From NCBI RefSeq assembly GCF_000281045.1, contig NW_008246077.1, positions 342,326 through 406,325 of the forward strand: a stretch of 64,000 nucleotides of DNA, given 5' to 3'. Numbering within the stretch: the first letter of the stretch is position 1; every line of letters begins with the position of its first letter. Shown here piece after piece: positions 11,724 to 24,048 of this stretch. The position numbers were made by a program, and so were the translations under genes. Source of the DNA: Saprolegnia diclina VS20. Taxonomy: Eukaryota. Below the pieces are notes generated by a model that was not told the DNA's origin, ran no database searches, and saw nothing but the letters and a program-made list of their open reading frames with translations.

Positions 11724-13438
11724 ATGTTGCGCCGCCTTCTGCCCCGTCCTCTTGCCGGCCGGCGCCTCTACTCGAAGCACCTCGGCGTGCTGCCCGAGGT
11801 CCCGCCCGAGTGCCTCCAGGCGCGCTCGCCGACACTGGACGTGCCGCCGATGCTGCACTCGTTCACGGAGATGTTCCGCAGCATGTCGCCGTACATCAAC
11901 GTCCACCGGGGCACGAAAGTCGTCATCCACCTCTGCGGCGCGCTTCTGGCCTCGCCCAACTTTGCCGCGACGATGCAAGACATTGCGCTTCTCAATTCGT
12001 TTGGTATTCAAATCGTGCTCGTCGCCGGCGCCCGACACCAGATTGACGACCGTCTCGCAGCGCGTGGGATCGACAATATCGTGCACAAGGGCTGGCGCGT
12101 CACAGACCCGGACGTCTTGACTGTCGCCATGGAAGCCGCGGGGTGCGTCATCAATGTGTGACCGACAGACTACCTGACATGATGCAGGTCGGTCCGGTTC
12201 CAGATCGAGTCGGCGCTTGGCCGAGGCATTGTCAACGCGCCGGGCGACAAACAAGCCATCAACATTGCGAGCGGCAACTACGTCTTGTCCCAGCCGCTCG
12301 GCGTTCGCGGCGGCGTCGACTACAAGGTACACGCCTGCCTTTTCCAGCGCGAAACTCACAAACCGGCCTAGTACACGGGCGAGGTGCGCCGCGTGAACGA
12401 GCCCAAGATGGTCAAGGCGCTCGACAGCGGCGACATTGTACTCCTCTCCAACATTGCCTACAGTGCAAGCGGCGAGGTCTTCAACTGCTCGTCCGAGCAG
12501 ATCGCCGCCAAGTGTGCGATGCAGCTCCAATGCGACAAGCTCATCTTCATGCACGACGGAGAAGAGCTTGTCGACGTTCGCACGCAAAAGGTCGTGCAAT
12601 CGCTATTGTTGCGTCAAGCCCAGCAGTACCTCGAGCTCACCGCAAGCGACAAGAGGTGCATCGATCCCAAACCTATCCAAGTATCCAATACGATTTTGGA
12701 TAGTGTGAGCCCCAATTTTCGCCTCTACTTGCGCTACGCGATGAAGGCGTGCATGGGCGGCGTCAAGCGCGCGCACCTCGTGAGCCGCCACCGCAACGGC
12801 GCGCTTCTGCAAGAGCTCTTTTCTCGGGACGGCGACGGCCTCATGCTCTCGCGGGACCTCTACGAAGGCGTGCGCATGGCCAAGACCAGTGACATTCGCA
12901 GTACGCCTTCCTTCCTGCACCTGCGTTCATCTCCATGATCATGCAGGTATCATGCGGCTCATCCAGCCGCTGCTCGACCAAGACATCCTTGTCTCGCGCA
13001 CGCAAGAGCAGATCGAGAGCAACGTGCACATGTTTACGATCGTCGAGCGCGACGGCGCCATCATCGCCTGCGCCGCGCTGCAGCCATATGAAAACAACTT
13101 TGCAGAAATGAACTGCGTTGCAGTCGACCCGGCCTACCGCAAGCTCGGCAAGGTAGGCGACGCATCGGGACGAGGACGATGCTGACCATTCGTAGGGCAA
13201 TGCGCTGCTCGGCTACATTCTCCGCAAGTCGCAGGCCATGGGCGTCAAGACCCTCTTTGTGCTCACGACGCGCACGTCGCACTGGTTCATGGAGCGCGGG
13301 TTTGTCGAGGCGCAGGTCGAGGACCTCCCGCCGTCCAAGCAAGCGAGCATCAACCGCTCCCGGCAGTCCAAGGTGTACACGATGGACATTAGCGGCTCGC
13401 GCGCTGTCGAAGAGAAGGAGCTGCTCCTGCGGCTCTAA
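11724..13438 (+). CDS. argA: Amino-acid N-acetyltransferase (N-acetylglutamate synthase, AAK+GNAT), likely mitochondrial
   Basis: FRSMSPYINVHRG, GWRVTD, GVDYK|YTGEVRR, SGEVFN, GALLQELFSRDG, LFVLTTRTSHWFMERGF, RQSKVY. Arg-rich presequence MLRRLLPRPLAGRRLYS. At least 4 introns (e.g. 12143-12187). Confidence 0.95.
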
Positions 13439-13513
13439 TAGACCACGCATATTACGTCTTTGTCGCTGTGATGGAGCCTCGATATACAGGTGGCGAGGTG
13501 TGTATTACGGTGT

Positions 13514-13795
13514 CTACTGGGGCGGGTTGCCGGCCATCATGCTGTTCTGAACGCGCTGCATGGTCTCGCCGACCTGGTGGTGCGCCTGCATGTACTTGCC
13601 GACGCAGCGGTCGACGCAGCTCATTTCGCCCACGTTGAGGTCGGCGTCATGGAAGCGGTAGTTGCACTTCTTGAAGCACATCTCGGCCATGCGGTTGAAG
13701 AGGTCCGTGTACATGGCCATCTCGACCTTGGCCATCGCGACGGGCGACGGGCCTTGCTGCTGCTGCGCGGGGGCGCCAAGACCAGGAAAGTTCAT
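13514..13795 (-). CDS. TIM10: Mitochondrial intermembrane-space small Tim chaperone Tim10
   Basis: [12 protein letters not shown], twin CX3C (CFKKC...CVDRC), [14 protein letters not shown]; 93 aa. Confidence 0.93.
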   Translation of the reverse strand: MNFPGLGAPAQQQQGPSPVAMAKVEMAMYTDLFNRMAEMCFKKCNYRFHDADLNVGEMSCVDRCVGKYMQAHHQVGETMQRVQNSMMAGNPPQ

Positions 13796-14049
13796 CTTGC
13801 GTCGATATCCGGGCACTGGCGGAAAATGGACGCCCGAAATCCAAGCCGGATAATCTGCCACAGGTTATCCGGTATTGGTCCGGTTGCTCGCCGGCTAGCC
13901 GAGTAAAATAATCGGTTACACATGACGATTGGAACTCTAGTCGGCTAGCTGATAGTCGGCTCCAACCGCGTCCGGATACGAGATTGCCGTCTTGCGATTG
14001 GCGGCCACATTGGGTGCAATAGAAAGGCAGCATTTGGACGACGACGACA
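13796..14049. promoter_or_regulatory. Compact divergent promoter TIM10/NnrU with four TATCCGG motifs and reverse CCAAT boxes
   Basis: TATCCGG at 13806 and 13866; CCGGATA at 13846 and 13972; GATTGG at about 13927 and 13995. Confidence 0.55.
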
Positions 14050-14808
14050 ATGGCGCTCGCACACAAGGGCTGCCGCTGGATCGTGCTTGGCTGGTCGGCC
14101 TTCATCGCCGAGAACATTGCCTTGTCCGAGTTCAAGGAAGAGATTATCGCGAACTTTGGCAAGGACAAGTACCGCCTTGCGTACTCGACCTTGTCGACGG
14201 GCGCGTGCGCGTCGATCGCGTACGGGTACCTCGCCCATGGCCGCCAGCAAGGGCCGCTGGTCAAGTCGCTCGCCAAGAAGTGGCCGCTGCCCGTCTTTGC
14301 GATTCAGGCGCTCGGCCTCGCGGGTATGTTGTCGCTGGCGTTGCCCAAGCTCCAGATTCCGCTCTCGGTGCAAGCGCTGGAAGACGCAACGTCGTCGGCG
14401 CTCGAGAAGAAGGACAACATGACGTTCACGGTGCAGTGCCCCGTGGACTTTAAGGCTGGCAAGATCAACCTCCTTGAAGTCTCGCGCTATCCGATGCTCT
14501 TTGCGTTCGGCTTCGCGTCGCTCGGCACAAGTCTCGCGTCGCCGTACCTGTCGCTGCGCCTCTTGGCCGGCTTTCCGATTGCGATGGCCGTCGTTGGCGG
14601 CATGCACCAGGATCGCCTCCGCCTCCGCTCGGGTGCGCTCGACAAAGAGACGTACGAGAAGACGAGCTTGCTGCCGTTCGTGGCGCTCGTGCAGAATGGT
14701 GGCTGGGAGAACGTCCAAGTGCCGTGGGTCAACGTCGGCCTCGGGGTCTCGGTCGCGCTCGTGCTCGCACGTCGCCGTGCCGTCGCGCTTCGGGCATTCA
14801 AGCTCTAG
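14050..14808 (+). CDS. NnrU-family membrane protein
   Basis: YRLAYSTLS, SRYPML, GGMHQDRLR and YEKTSLLPFVALV match the NnrU/Z-ISO family pattern; several TM helices; intronless. Confidence 0.78.
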   Translation: MALAHKGCRWIVLGWSAFIAENIALSEFKEEIIANFGKDKYRLAYSTLSTGACASIAYGYLAHGRQQGPLVKSLAKKWPLPVFAIQALGLAGMLSLALPKLQIPLSVQALEDATSSALEKKDNMTFTVQCPVDFKAGKINLLEVSRYPMLFAFGFASLGTSLASPYLSLRLLAGFPIAMAVVGGMHQDRLRLRSGALDKETYEKTSLLPFVALVQNGGWENVQVPWVNVGLGVSVALVLARRRAVALRAFKL

Positions 14809-14937
14809 AGCTTTTGTAGCATACTAACGGCAATAGACGCTACCTTCCGTTTGTACACAAACGTTTCTTCCCCAAGTCTTGAGCAACCGCATGTGTGTCC
14901 CTTTTGAATTATGATCCAAGAATCAGGTGGGAAAGGT

Positions 14938-15621
14938 CAGGGGTACATAATAGGGGGTGTATCACCCTACAAACTTCAAGATATTTTTATTCAAAATCCG
15001 CGAACAGTGTCGCGGGGGGAAACTGCCCGATTTGGCTCGGAGTGGAGGAGGAAATTTCGCTGGTCAAACCTAACACTATTTCACTGATTTATGATAAAAT
15101 AGAATAGTGTATGATAAATCAGTAGCGAAAATGGACCACCTTCGAGGTGCGAGTTGAGGATATGTACGGTCATGTACAGTGATGAGCTTTCTAGTGTACA
15201 CTGCCATCGATGTGATGTAGCACATATCCAAAATTCAGGCTGACGACGGCTTTATGTACGCGATAGATCGATACCAGAAATGCTCACTTTAGAAGCAGTA
15301 CTCTGCCCAGTTTTCCTCTTGAACCACGCATCGTACAAGAGATTGAAACATGATGGCCCATAGAGACGATCATTGCGCGTCGAATGGCACCATCCGTGCA
15401 AGGCAGCGATGCTTACTGCGTGTGCTAGCGCTATGGAACTGGCCGTGGCCGCGACGATCGCCGCTCTTCATAAAATGTCGAAAGTCATTATATTTTTCGA
15501 AAAGTCATTTTTAATATAAAAATGCTTCCTCAGGCCCTCCTCACAGTTTCCCCCCGCAACACTGTTTCAGCCAAGTATAAAAATAGGCCCACCGTGATAC
15601 ACCCCCTATTATGTACCCCTG
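14938..15621. mobile_element. Non-autonomous hAT-type DNA transposon (MITE), 684 bp
   Basis: Perfect 28-bp TIRs CAGGGGTACATAATAGGGGGTGTATCAC (14938-14965, 15594-15621). 8-bp TSD GGAAAGGT (14930-14937, 15622-15629). Imperfect subterminal inverted repeats near 15003-15024 and 15544-15566. AT-rich interior, no transposase ORF. Confidence 0.92.
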
Positions 15622-15744
15622 GGAAAGGTCTCCTCGGACACTAAAGCACTGTACTTGTTTGTGCGAATTCAAATATAACTGGACCAATGAGCGTCGATGG
15701 TTTGGATCTTAGCAGTCCCTAAAGATCCAAAAGCCACGAGCGAC

Positions 15745-16023
15745 ATGTCGGGCGCGTCCGTGAAGCCCGTCGTGAAGAACTCGACGATGGACCAGGACCT
15801 GTTGGACGAGGTGATTTGGGTTGCGCAGGCCGCGATCGAGTCAGAGGTCAACGAGCAGCACATTGCGGCCAAGATCAAGAAGCACTTTGAGCTCAAGTAC
15901 CACGGCATGCTCTGGCACTGCTGCGTCGGGCGCAACATGGCGTGTTACGTGACGCACGAACAGTCCAAGTTTCTCTACTTTTACATTGGCCAAATGGCCA
16001 TCGTGCTCTTCGCGACGGCCTAG
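15745..16023 (+). CDS. Dynein light chain type 1 (LC8-like family)
   Basis: VVKNSTMDQDL...IAAKIKKHFELKY...WHCCVGRN...YVTHE...FLYFYIGQMAIVLF; 92 aa. Confidence 0.92.
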   Translation: MSGASVKPVVKNSTMDQDLLDEVIWVAQAAIESEVNEQHIAAKIKKHFELKYHGMLWHCCVGRNMACYVTHEQSKFLYFYIGQMAIVLFATA

Positions 16024-16571
16024 TTCTGTCGTCGCAGCATCCACATTCTGTACACACCTGCAATACACAAACTTCCGCCATCTTTTCTCGTGCCCGTCAA
16101 AGACAACTGACGCATTTCTGTTGTGGTCTCTTGCTCTTGTAGCCTCAGCTGCCATCGCTCCACAACTAAAGGCTATCACCAAGAGTTAATCGCAGGTTTT
16201 TCGTGAAATGAAAGGGCTAAAACTGAAGCGTCGATGCAAAAGGGCCGCTCCCAATCCCTCTACATTGGATGCATGCAGCGGCTGTAGTCTTCGTATGTGG
16301 CTTGTCGTATGGCGGGTCCACCACCCGAGCAGCGGTTCAAGCCACTCTTGCAGCATAGTGTCCTTGGATGCCGTGATCTTTGTCCATGAGCGATCACAAA
16401 AATGTCCGTACCTGGAGACATGAAGCGCTTCAATGAAGAACTCTATTGGGGTCATGCTTGTGTTGGCTCTAGTCGACTGGTGATGATGATGCTGGCGCCA
16501 AAATTGCCAGTCCAAATAAAACCCCAAGTCGAAACGCATTGGGGCTCAGCGACGTATTCTCAACCTCGACG

Positions 16572-19486
16572 ATGGAGGTTCCGTCGTCGCCAAAGCCATC
16601 ACCACGCTTATCGCTACCGCGGGCCAAGCTCAAGTCGCTCCTCGCGCTCAGCAGCCTCGCGCCGCTGCCGCTGATCCAAGCGCACCACGAGAGCATCAAC
16701 GACAACGACGCACATGTAGCCAAGGCCGAGTTCAACACGGTGCTACCCCATGTCGTGCACAAGGACATCTTTGCAGCGTCAGCCGAAGGGTCGCCGATCG
16801 GGAGCGAAGACGAGTCGCGACAGCTCGCACATCTTCTCGCCGAGTTTGAACGCCGGTTTTGGAAAAAAGCCAACAAGAAGGCGACGTCGTCGCTCGTGTT
16901 CCGCCGGCGGTCGCTGGATCCAACACACGTAGCAACGGACGAGGCGCCGGTCGTCGACCCTACCTCGCTGACGTTCGACTCGAACTTTGAGAGCGCCAAC
17001 CTCGCGAGTGCGTACCGCGTTCACGACCGCAACTACTCGTTCGTATCACAGTGCACCAGCAAGCACGGCGACACGGCCGGTCCGAGTCGGGTCGATCAAG
17101 AATACGACCTCTACTGCACCAACGACACCTACACCCTCGGTACATTTTGCATTGCAGCATCGAATGGGAGAGAAACGTCCTTTTGTAGGACACATTCAGT
17201 GGTACTACTTCAAGGTCACGCGGCCGCCAGGCAATGGCCGACTCCGCGTGCGCTTCAATCTGCGCAACATGATGAAGCGCGACAGCTTGTACAACTGCGG
17301 CATGCTACCGGCCGTCTACTCTGAGGTGCGTTGGCGTTTATCATCGTGCGTAGAATGGACCAGGAGGTAGGCCAAGGTCAATGCTGGGATTGCAGGCTGG
17401 ACCCACGGTGGCGAAGAAGCCTTCTACTACCAGAACGCCGACGTTTACACGCGCGTACGTCGGGGGCTCCGCCGCAACTTTTCGCATTATACGCTCAGCT
17501 TTATCTACACGTTCGAGCCGTCGGAGGACGTTGTGTACTTTGCCCACTGCTTTCCCTACACGTACACGTATTTGCAAACGTACTTGACGTCGCTCGAGAA
17601 ATGCCCGTTGCGCAGTCGCAACCTCCGTCGACGGACGCTCTGCTCGACGCTCTGCGGCAACGCATGCGATATGCTCACTATCACCGAATTTACGTCCGAG
17701 CCCCAAGGTAGCCCACCAGCACGATCGAATGCAATAATCCAACACGGATATTGTAGTGCTGCGGAAGCGCACGGGCGTCGTGCTCACTGCGCGCGTGCAC
17801 CCGGGCGAAACCAACGGCAGCTTCTTGCTACATGGCATCATGGAGTTCCTCACGGGCTTCTCGGACGAAGCGATCGCGCTCCGGAAATGCTACATTTTCA
17901 AAATCATCCCGATGCTCAATCCCGACGGCGTCGTCCACGGCAACTACCGCTGCTCGCTCGCCGGCATCGACCTCAATCGGCGCTGGTCGCAGCCGTCCGA
18001 GCTCTACCACCCGACCATCTACGCGGCCAAAAAGATGATTGCACTCATGCGCCAGTCGCGCAAAGTGCTTCTCTTTTGCGACTTTCACGGCCACAGCCGC
18101 AAGAAAAACATGTTTACGTACATCGCAATCAAGATGACAATATTGTCTGTAACCGACAGGAATAGGTATGGGTGTAAGCCGTATCTATCATGGTCGCGCC
18201 TCGAAGACGCCAAGGTGCGGCTCTTCCCGTACGTGCTGTGCAAAACATCAAGCGCTCAAGCCGGTGCGTCGACGTCAACAAGCAACAATTGCTGATTGGG
18301 CTGGCGTAGGGGGCTACTTTAGCTTTACCGATTGTACGTTTAACGTCACTCGCTCCAAGCGCTCGACGGGCCGCGTCGCGGTCTGGAGTGACATTCAGAT
18401 CCTCAATAGCATTACGCTCGAAGCGTCTTTTTGCGGGTGCCGCGCACATCGCTCCCTTTTGTATAGTCTAATTTGGAAAACGGCGCTGTAGGACCGGCGA
18501 CAACAAGGCGCGGCGCAGCATCGCGGCGTTTGCCACGACGACGCCCAACCACACGCCGCGACACTTTACGCAGCGCGACTTTACGTGCTCGGGCGAACAA
18601 TTCTGCCACGCGCTGACAACGTACGGCGCTCTTTTGGGGATCGAACCCATCGATGCGACCACGCTTCTCGGTGCGTCGGCTGCCAAGCACGAAGGCGTTC
18701 TCGAGCTCCTCGACCTCGATGAGACGCCGATCGAGCCAAATGTACGCGACCCAACACTGCTCACGAGCACGACGGCCTTTGGCGCCAACGATTTCGCCTA
18801 CTCGGAGACCGCGCTGAGTCTTCTTGACGAGATTGCATCCTGCGTACCCAGCCCGTCCGACGGTGCGGCCGAGTCGGAAAACTCGAGCGGCTCCGACTCG
18901 AACCCGTCCGAAGACAACTACGAGCCCGAGGAACTCGAAAGCAACACCGCGTGGCAAGCCTTTCGGCGCAATGTCGTGCTGCGACGGTCGTCATCGGCAC
19001 TCAAGAGCGCATCCGCGGGGCCAAACTCGGGCCGCACTGCGTCGCTCACGCTCTCGTCGTCGCTGGCCAAAAAATCGATTAAACTGTACCCTACCCACCG
19101 CGCGCATAGAGCGGAATTGAAGTGGCGATGTAGGCGCAAGAAAGTGCGCCGGAGCAGCACGACGGGCACCCCGCGCGTGACAGTGAGCGATGCACCTGCT
19201 GTAGTTGCCAAGGCCGATGGCGGCCCCCACCGCAGTCCGCGCGTTGCCCCACTACCGCTGCGTCGCGTCGAGGTGCGTGTGACTCCACGCGTTGTGGTCC
19301 AGTCAGCAAGGGAGCAAAAGGCGCCCCCGACCATAATCATTCCGAAACCGGTAGACGATGACAATACTGTCCGCTGACATCATAACGGGTTAGGTCAAGA
19401 ACGCCGGTGGGTTTGCGCAGTTTCACAAAAACATGATTCAGCGCCGCATCCACCAGTCACAGATCGTCATGCGACCGCCGCCGTGA
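16572..19486 (+). CDS. Cytosolic carboxypeptidase (M14, CCP/Nna1/AGBL tubulin deglutamylase family), multi-exon
   Basis: FDSNFESANL, QWYYF, YFAHCFPYTY, ARVHPGE, PMLNPDGV, GNYRCS, DLNR, DFHGHS, TLEAS. Last exon 19394-19486 inferred from splice sites. Confidence 0.93.
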
Positions 19487-19744
19487 TGCAAAATGCTCGT
19501 CCTCCCTGTCGTCGTTGTAAACGGTCTCATCCATGAGATGTGTCAAGCGCTCCTGCACTGTCTTTGTTGTATTGCAGCCAATATTGTCTATGTGTTACTA
19601 GCCAAGTAAAGGGCGCGGGGTGGACAACTGCGTTAGCGCGAATCTCGCGCATAAGGACCGGAGGGTAACCGCGACTACGTACATCAGAGTATCATTTATA
19701 GTGTTTATAGTCGGCTTGGTCCCCTTTGTCGATCGAGCTTAGGT

Positions 19745-21130
19745 CTAGACAACGTCGGCTCGTGCGGCGCCGTCGTCGTTGGCGGCATCAAACTCTCTAG
19801 CGCGGCGTTTGGTCGCACTGGTCGGGGAGAGCGGCGAGTCGGACGCACTGTGGTCGATCGGAATCGACACGCGGCGAATGTGGTCGTCGCCCACGCTCAA
19901 AACCTCGTCGTCGTCGTCGTCCTCGGTCACGTACGAGGCGCCCCGCATGCGCGGCGTGCGTCCGAGCTTGGGCAAGTTGGTCCATGCGCCTTCGTCGATC
20001 TTGCGAATGAGCTGGAACTTGTCGACTTGCTTGATCTTGAAGACGCAGACGGCCGAGAGGTAGATGAAGATGATGTTGATCCACAAAAGGAGCCAGCTCC
20101 CGACTGCAATCTCAAAAAACACCAGTCGGCTCGCTTCTTGGAAGTCGTTGACGACGAGTGGACCCAAGATCGCGTACGAGAGGCAGATGCCGCAGTTGAC
20201 CGTCGGTGGCAAGAGCGCGGCGGCGATCGCTGTTCCGACGACCGACGAGACGTTGGCGTTCGACTCGGCGAGCGCAACCCCCGCCCCCGAGAGTGCCGCG
20301 ACCACCGCGCCAAAGACAAGCGACACAAACTGGCCGCGCGACCGCATCTCGTACGTTGGCCACTTGAGGTCGACGGCGTACGGTGCGAGGAATATGCCAA
20401 TGAGAACGCCGAGGAGGAGCGTGATCACGAGCGCAAAGAGCTCGTTGAGGAGACCATTCAGAAACATGTTGCGGTCGCGGATCGCAAAACCAAACGAGCA
20501 CCCGAGAATCGGCCCCTACTCCATTGATATGCGCTACTGTATACAGCAGGATGGTCTGTACCATGAGCGGCGACAGCAGCATCGACGCCACGACGCATGT
20601 CTACAAGAGAGGAGGTTCGAACCGACAGCGTCTCCAGCAGCAGCAGCAAGTACCGACGAGTCGCCGGCCAAGCCAATGCCAGCGATCGACCTACATCGTG
20701 TCGTCAGCTCGCACCAAGATGCTGGTACGTACGAAGAGATGAAGAGCATGCCAATCGAGTCCCGAGACAACGTCGTGCTGGCTTCGATGTGGGCGTACAT
20801 TTCGGCGACCGGGATCGCTGTCCCGACGTCCGTTGAGCGTTGGAGCAGCGCGCGGCGCGGACGTGACTTGTGCGTCTTGGGCTTGCGCTTGGAAATGGAA
20901 GTGCCTGGCGTCAACGACATGACATCGCAAAAGCCAAACTGGACGCCGACGCCCATCTTCTGGAGCGCCGTCAAGATCGGCTGCATCTCGCCGTCCTCGA
21001 CGCGGAACGTGACAATCGACGACGACCGCGCCTCGATGCTCGTGACGTTCTCGAGCTTGAGCTCGTCCTGGAGCGCCGAGACGACCTTGTGGTGCTGCTC
21101 GTTCGGGATCGTCACCTGGAACAGCTTCAT
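19745..21130 (-). CDS. DUF389-family multi-pass membrane protein (about 4 exons)
   Basis: IAGIGLAGDSS, VVASMLLSPLM|GPILG, EMRSRG, VGTAIAAALLPP, LLLWINI are DUF389 motifs; split by short introns. Confidence 0.85.
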
Positions 21131-21235
21131 AGTCCGGCCTTTCTTGCTCTGACGCTGAAACAGCCAAAATTGTTTTGGCCAATCCAGCGCGCGTCTGCCA
21201 ATTGGCGCGATGCCATTGGACGAAATGTATCGATT

Positions 21236-22978
21236 TCACAACAGACCAAGTGCCACGCAGCCGAGCGCGGCCACGAGCGACGCATCAGGCAGCGTGTGCA
21301 TCTGCATCGAATCGAGGTAGATGCGTAGCTCGATGGAGAGAGGACAAGCATGCCCGCGGTAGCTCGCGACGTGGCGCGTGCAGGCATGCACAAAGCCACC
21401 ATGTCCTAATCGAAGGCCGTTCGTCACGATGACATCAAAGCCATGGATGCATACCTCGCTCGACGACGATATCGAGCAACTCGATCGCTCGCCGCACGAC
21501 GGACTTGGCCGTGTGGTCGCACGCAACGCAGATGAGTAGCGGGATGCAGCGCAAGAGATCGCACGGAACCATCGCCTCGGCCGACATCGCGAGATACGTG
21601 ACGAGGACACTCGTTGCGGCGTAGACGGCTGTGACCACGGACCGATGGATCGAGAGCGCACTTGAAACACGATAGAAGATCTCAGTCTCGACCGCCGCGT
21701 AGTCTTGTCCTGGTGCACGAGGTCAGAGGTGTGCTCTAGGATACAATACATTGTCCAGACGCACCCGAGAGCATCGCTTTGCAAATGGCCAACGACCCCG
21801 TCGTTTGCACTTCGGCGCTGTTGTTTTGTCGCATTGCTGTCAGCACCGCGTCCAGTGACGTGTGTCCATCGATGCGCTCGAGCTGTTTGGCGATCGCACG
21901 CGGTGTCTCTCGCGCCGCGGTCGGTTGACGGCGACGTTCCGTCGACACTTGCGGACGGCCACCGATGCCACGTCGCTGCGCTGTGGAATTGTTGGCATCT
22001 AGTGTTCAAGCATTGAGTAAAGAAAGCGCTGGCAGTCGCGTACGGACTCGGCGCCAGCGCATGCCGTCGCTCCATTCAATCACAAGGCCGGCGGCGTCGA
22101 CCGTCCCGATCACTTCCGCTTGCCCTAGCACAATACGAAGCCCGGTCCGATCTTTTGGCGACCGCCGAAGCACGGGCACTTGCCACCACTTGCGGGGCGG
22201 CACTTCAGAGACCACGAATTGAAATGGATCGCGACCGAGACTGTTGCTTTGGACGCGGTCGATGCGGTACTGCCCGGCACCAAACGCAGAAGTCGCCCCC
22301 GCGCGGTCGAGCTCCCATAGCCCAAGCGAGGTCTCTAGATCCCAGACTTGCACTCGAGACCTACATGGTGGGAACGCTACCTTGCACTTCGCGGTGTCCT
22401 TCGTTGCAGTGTTCACAGCGATGCAAGAGTCGTACGTTGTGCGCGCCGCAGTGCTCACATGTCCAGTCGCAGACGCGGGACCGGTCGTGCCACGCCTGGA
22501 AGTCACGGTAGAGGTACTCGCGCCGGACCTGCACCTGCTGCAAATACGACTCGTTCTGCGCCGTCAAGTAGGCAGCGAGCACGTCCGCAAGCCGCTTGGT
22601 TTCAAACACATTGTACGCCGCGCTCTCGGCATCCGCGGCCATCATCATTTGACGCGCGGTGGCCTCTCGCTGCCGCGCGTGCTCCAGCGCCTCTGCCTCG
22701 TCGCGCTTCTCGAGCGCATGAAAGTGGTCGCGGAGGACGTCGCTGCCAGCAATTGACGGGTCTTTATACAGGATGGATTTGAGGTACTGAAGTCCGGGGT
22801 TCAACGACGGCTGGGACGACGTGTGCGAGCCGAGATTGAGGCGACGATGCTCGGCGATCGACTCGACTTGGAACGGCGAGACGGACGTCTTTGTGTGGCG
22901 CAACACGCGGCGTTTTGGCGGCTCGTACGAAACAAGGCGAGGCGGCGGGCGAAGAAGATCGCTGGCTGCCCCCGGCAT
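21236..22978 (-). CDS. Hypothetical protein with RanBP2-type zinc finger and C-terminal ARM-like helices (about 5 exons)
   Basis: DWTCEHCGAHNVRLLHRCEHC. Intron 22335-22380 keeps the frame. Further GT-AG joins reach LDAVLTAMRQNNSAEVQTTGSLAI and the stop at 21236. Confidence 0.6.
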
Positions 22979-23835
22979 CGCACGCTGAACGATCTGCTGG
23001 GATAAAATTAGTCGCCTTTCTATGGCGTCGACTTCAATACCGACGCCTCGCTCAGCTATTTAAGGGCACGCGGTGCAGTCGGTAGTTTGCTCTTGGAGAA
23101 ATCCGATCCTAACGCGGTCGATTCTGCAGGCATGGTCCCGATTCCTGCTTGCTTCTTCGGCATGTGGGCATCCTTCGTTCCAACGAAACGACGCGGCATC
23201 GACAGCAAACACACCACTATCGCGCATAGTCGGTAGCGCTGTGCATAGTTGGCGAGCTTCGTTGGTGTAGCTTGACAGGGGACACGAAGAACAAATCCCA
23301 CAGTGCCACAGCCGACTGAAATGTTGACGCGTGAGATGTTGACTTGGTCGCGTCGATGGGTCCGCCCTGAAGATGCAGTTGCCTCGTGGCATCAATGTTG
23401 AATCATCCTGCGCCTGGGATAGCGTCTGGGTTGAAAACCTTCTCGGTGTTGATAGTATCGCCTGAGAACACACCTGGGAAGCACGTTGCAGTGCATGACT
23501 CGAGCGGCGTCTATCGACTGAGACGCCGTCGACGTACCACGGAGCAGACAACAAGGCTTCCGCCCGGGACGACAGCCAAACAAACAGCCCAACATGGTTT
23601 GTAGACGGTGACTACGTAAGCACCCACGTCCAAGAGTCGAGACGAAGCGAGTGGACGTAACCGCAGCAGTGACTCGCACCTGGCTCCCGCGCCTTGTAGA
23701 TACGCTGTGGCCTCCAGTTTGCGGCAGATGCAACACCACGCATGTCCACTCGAGCTCAACATGAATGGCGTCAAAGGGGTGTTTTAACTTAGTGATAATA
23801 GTCTGCGGTAGCGTTAAATAAGGACCCTAGGCGGC

Positions 23836-24048
23836 TTAGAACAGCATGTCGATGACTTGGGCAATCACGCGGTCGTCGAGGGCAACGCTCATGGCGTCGG
23901 CAATGTCCTTGTCCTCAGCGGTCAGAATGGCCGACTCGTACTCGTCGGCGGCTTCCATCGACGGAAGGCTTGGCCGCTCGGGCCGGCGGACTTCGCTGCC
24001 GTTATGGCGTGGGGCGTACACGGACGATGACGACGTAGTGGGCTGCAT
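23836..24048 (-). CDS. Small 70-aa protein
   Basis: Coding-like ORF with an acidic amphipathic C-terminus (LDDRVIAQVIDMLF). Initiator-like TCAGTT plus AATTTGC lie just upstream (24059-24074). Confidence 0.55.
   Translation of the reverse strand: MQPTTSSSSVYAPRHNGSEVRRPERPSLPSMEAADEYESAILTAEDKDIADAMSVALDDRVIAQVIDMLF

Noticed and set aside
16186..16539. 117-aa minus ORF between the DLC and carboxypeptidase genes
   Set aside because: No recognisable motif or convincing splice model.
23680..23750. BED-finger-like AWCCICRK
   Set aside because: No downstream His pair, transposase or TIRs seen.
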